Of a stretch of 64,000 bases of DNA, positions 62,421 to 64,000 are shown in pieces. Origin of the DNA: Antechinus flavipes. Its lineage: Eukaryota. The DNA is taken from positions 601,524,001 through 601,588,000 of the forward strand of contig NC_067399.1 in the NCBI RefSeq assembly GCF_016432865.1, in the 5' to 3' direction. The notes under the pieces were generated by a model. It did not search any database. It had not been told where the DNA came from and was given only the letters and a program-made list of their open reading frames with translations. Both the position numbers and the translations under genes were made by a program. Every line of letters starts with the position of its first letter. Positions within the stretch are counted from its first letter, which is position 1.

Positions 62421-63745
62421 TCGCTCCAGAGAGCAGGACTTCTCTAAATGAAGAAATATTTATTGTTGGTCTTCCAGGAAGAATATGGGATCACAAGTTG
62501 TTTTTAACCTTACTACCATGAGAAACAAGTCACTTATAAAAGAAAAGCAATTCTTGGGAGTGAACAAGTTGTAAAGAGATTTGTGTTTGAGCTAAAATTT
62601 TATTTTTTTGGACCATACTTCAAATATTAAAATGGCATAAAATCATCATAGAGAGAGAATTCATCTAGCAAATGATCATAAGATTGCATTTGTTTTGAAA
62701 ATATGATGAAAAGGGCTTTGGTTAATGAAGAGGAATGGGGAGGGAGATAAGCTAGGCACAATACCATGGAAAACAGTGTACATACAGAAAGAATAGCCGT
62801 TAGAATACACATATAAGTCTCCAGAGATAAAACCCAAGAAAGAATCCAGCAGTGAGGACCATAATGTTAGTATCTATACATAAATGCACAAAATAAAGCT
62901 AACAAGTAAGATGACCTAGGTCTAAAGCAAAGAGGCAAATTTAACTCTAGGCCATCACTCAGAACTGGTAATGAGTCTGCTCTTTATGAACTGCAGATTT
63001 GTTCCTTTTATAGAGGAATACTGTTAAATAACTGGGAGACTATATAGATCCCTAGTGGAAAAAAGTCATTTTTTTGATGAGGGGGAAGCAGAATTGTACA
63101 TATCTTTGATTGTAGATTATTTTTGAAAAGTAGGAGGAAAACTGTTCATACCTCTGATTGTTGATGGATTACTATAACTTGCTTCTATTGTTTTTAGTTT
63201 TCTGTAGGATGAAGTAAAAGCTGTTCTATATCTACTGTTAGGAGTTTGATGCTCACATTGAGTCTATTACCTTTTTTTGCATGTTAAGTCATGGCTTAGG
63301 GTCTTTGCAAATTCTGGGCTCCCAGAGGAGAACTGCTCCAAAGTATAAATTCTCAGATATGCTTTGGCACTTCCGAACAGGAAACTTTTCCCATAAGACC
63401 TGTATCGTCTGATTGAATCACTCCAATGGGGAAATGAGAGTAGCAAGATTCCAGTTTATTGGTTTCCTATGTCATGACTTTAGACCTTTTAGTGATATTC
63501 CAGATCTTAAGTCATGTGAACCGGCTTCTTTGTCCAAGGGGTATGAAACTTGAAAATTCTGTCTGTTGGATAGGTTGGATCTCTTTATTCTTGATATTTT
63601 ATTTCTCTTGATTCAATTCCAAAGATGATGCTGCCAAAAAAACCCTCTCTTCTTTTCTAGAAGTCTAGATTCCAGAATTATGGTCTCTGGGAAATTTAGA
63701 TCATTACTCTGCTTTCCCTCTCCCAAACCATTTCCCACCTCCTTC

Positions 63746-63747
<2 letters not shown>

Positions 63748-63790
<43 letters not shown>
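63748..63790. repeat. (AC)n microsatellite
   Basis: Direct reading. Confidence 0.95.
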
Positions 63791-63794
<4 letters not shown>

Positions 63795-64000
63795 GAGTTT
63801 ATAAACTCTCTCTCAGACCATGTGGCCAGGCATAAATCTCTTCCATGTCTTTCAGCAGAAACTCTTGATACTCCCCCATTGTCCAGATAGTGTTTTTATA
63901 TTTCAGACTAGGAAAATCTATTCTCAATTTTTTGGTGTCTGATCTTTGTTCAGAAGAAAAACAGAAAGTCAGAAGGGATCCAGGAACTCAATAATCTGAA

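Overview
Marsupial genomic DNA, probably an Australian dasyurid judging by WSINE1, MAR1, RTE-SINEs and the L1 3'UTR types. The first 7.65 kb holds the last seven coding exons of WDR11 on the + strand (307 C-terminal residues plus stop, reading frame verified across every junction). Its terminal intron is a U12-type AT-AC minor intron. The remaining ~55 kb has no protein-coding gene I can support. It is intergenic (the WDR11-FGFR2 gene desert in human synteny) and is filled with L1/HAL1, L2, L3/CR1, RTE, CORE-SINEs, hAT MITEs and three ERV LTRs, with several motif-rich unique stretches. The most unusual observations are: (1) the terminal AT-AC intron, whose retention would keep the frame open and leave no downstream junction to trigger NMD; (2) a WSINE1-L1 chimera inside a single TSD; (3) an L1 with an apparent 3' transduction; (4) a one-LTR class-II ERV remnant with a possible tRNA-Ala primer site, a 51-bp tandem repeat and a PPT. 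Repeat family names come from recalled consensus sequences, not a database search, and boundaries of old repeats are approximate. I found no convincing wholly new biological system.
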